DNA from: Moniliella sp. 'wahieum'
Taxonomy: Eukaryota
DNA: 64,000 nt
NCBI GenBank assembly: GCA_003971905.1
Contig: RSEE01000085.1
Coordinates: 62,001-126,000, forward strand
Reading direction: 5' to 3'
Part shown: in pieces, positions 63,436-64,000 of the stretch
How positions within the stretch are numbered: the first letter of the stretch is position 1
How the letters are laid out: the number at the start of each line of letters is the position of its first letter
Translations under genes and position numbers: made by a program
Notes under the pieces: model-generated
What the model was told of the DNA's origin: nothing
The model's database searches: none
Seen by the model: the letters and a program-made list of their open reading frames with translations, nothing else

Positions 63436-64000
63436 TTACAGTGCTGCGTCCAGCACGGCTCGCACGTCAGTAACGTTGGCCAAATCCAGTAGGAATGGGC
63501 ACATGTCCAACAACTCCGTGTCGTGCGGGTCGGTAAACCAGGAGGAGACGGGGACCGCATTGGTGGGGTGGAAAATGTAGCTGGCAGGCGAGTTGTCCAG
63601 CAGGATGCAGTCTGCTAGGGGCCGGCCGAGCTGGGACAGATCTTTGACGTACGTTCCACGGTGCTGGTAACAGTGTTCCCGGAACAGACGGTGGGTGACA
63701 ACGTTATGAATGTCGAGCAAGTCCAGGACAGGGTCGGCGTACTGCAGCAACAGTTAGTTAGTTTCTCTGCTCTCGCTCACGGCAGCAAGGCATAAATAAA
63801 CATGGCGGGGGAAGGGCGTACCTTGCTCAGCGAAGCAGTAAAGACCACAATCTCAAACACCTCGCCCATCCGACGCATAAATTCATCCACCCCCGGCCGC
63901 TTGGCCACATACACCTCATGCACCACCTCCTCAATCTCCACTGGCACAATAAAGTCGGCATTGGGGATGTACCGAAAGGAAGAGTGGACCAACGTCTCGT
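63436..64000 (-). CDS. Psr1/2-type FCP1/SCP (NIF) small CTD-like phosphatase, 3' part only (runs off the window)
   Basis: [23 protein letters not shown]...[12 protein letters not shown]...[21 protein letters not shown]...RLFREHC...[10 protein letters not shown]...[12 protein letters not shown]. Intron ~63821-63743. Confidence 0.92.

Overview
Gene-dense, GC-rich eukaryotic DNA from a fungus. It is almost certainly a basidiomycete and probably Ustilaginomycotina (inferred from short GTACGT...CTGAC/CTAAC...YAG introns and close similarity of one kinase to the Ustilago Fuz7 MAPKK). Many genes carry single-base indels, which looks like an unpolished long-read assembly, so ORF-track fragments were stitched by eye and many end coordinates are approximate. 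About 24 protein genes can be supported, including a Nam8/Ngr1-like RRM protein, a LURP-one-like protein, a CYSTM peptide, an Ale1-type MBOAT, a Laa2-like protein, a phytase, cytochrome b5, Mob2, Lsm1, Spp1, CENP-A/Cse4, two chitin deacetylases, a Ysc84-domain protein, a Munc13-homology/C2 protein, a Fuz7-like MAPKK, a KASH-like coiled-coil protein, a divergent Rad52-family protein, a CBM21 PP1 subunit and a partial Psr1-type phosphatase. There are also two intron-containing tRNAs (iMet, Phe) and decayed Ty3/gypsy and LINE relics. The best new observations are a cryptic two-exon ~30-aa metallothionein missed by the ORF track and a recurrent intergenic pattern of self-complementary heptamer and short-word patches. 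A strongly diverged Rad52 and a probable KASH-like nuclear-envelope protein also stand out. I see no convincing multi-gene novel system; the gene neighbourhood looks functionally mixed.
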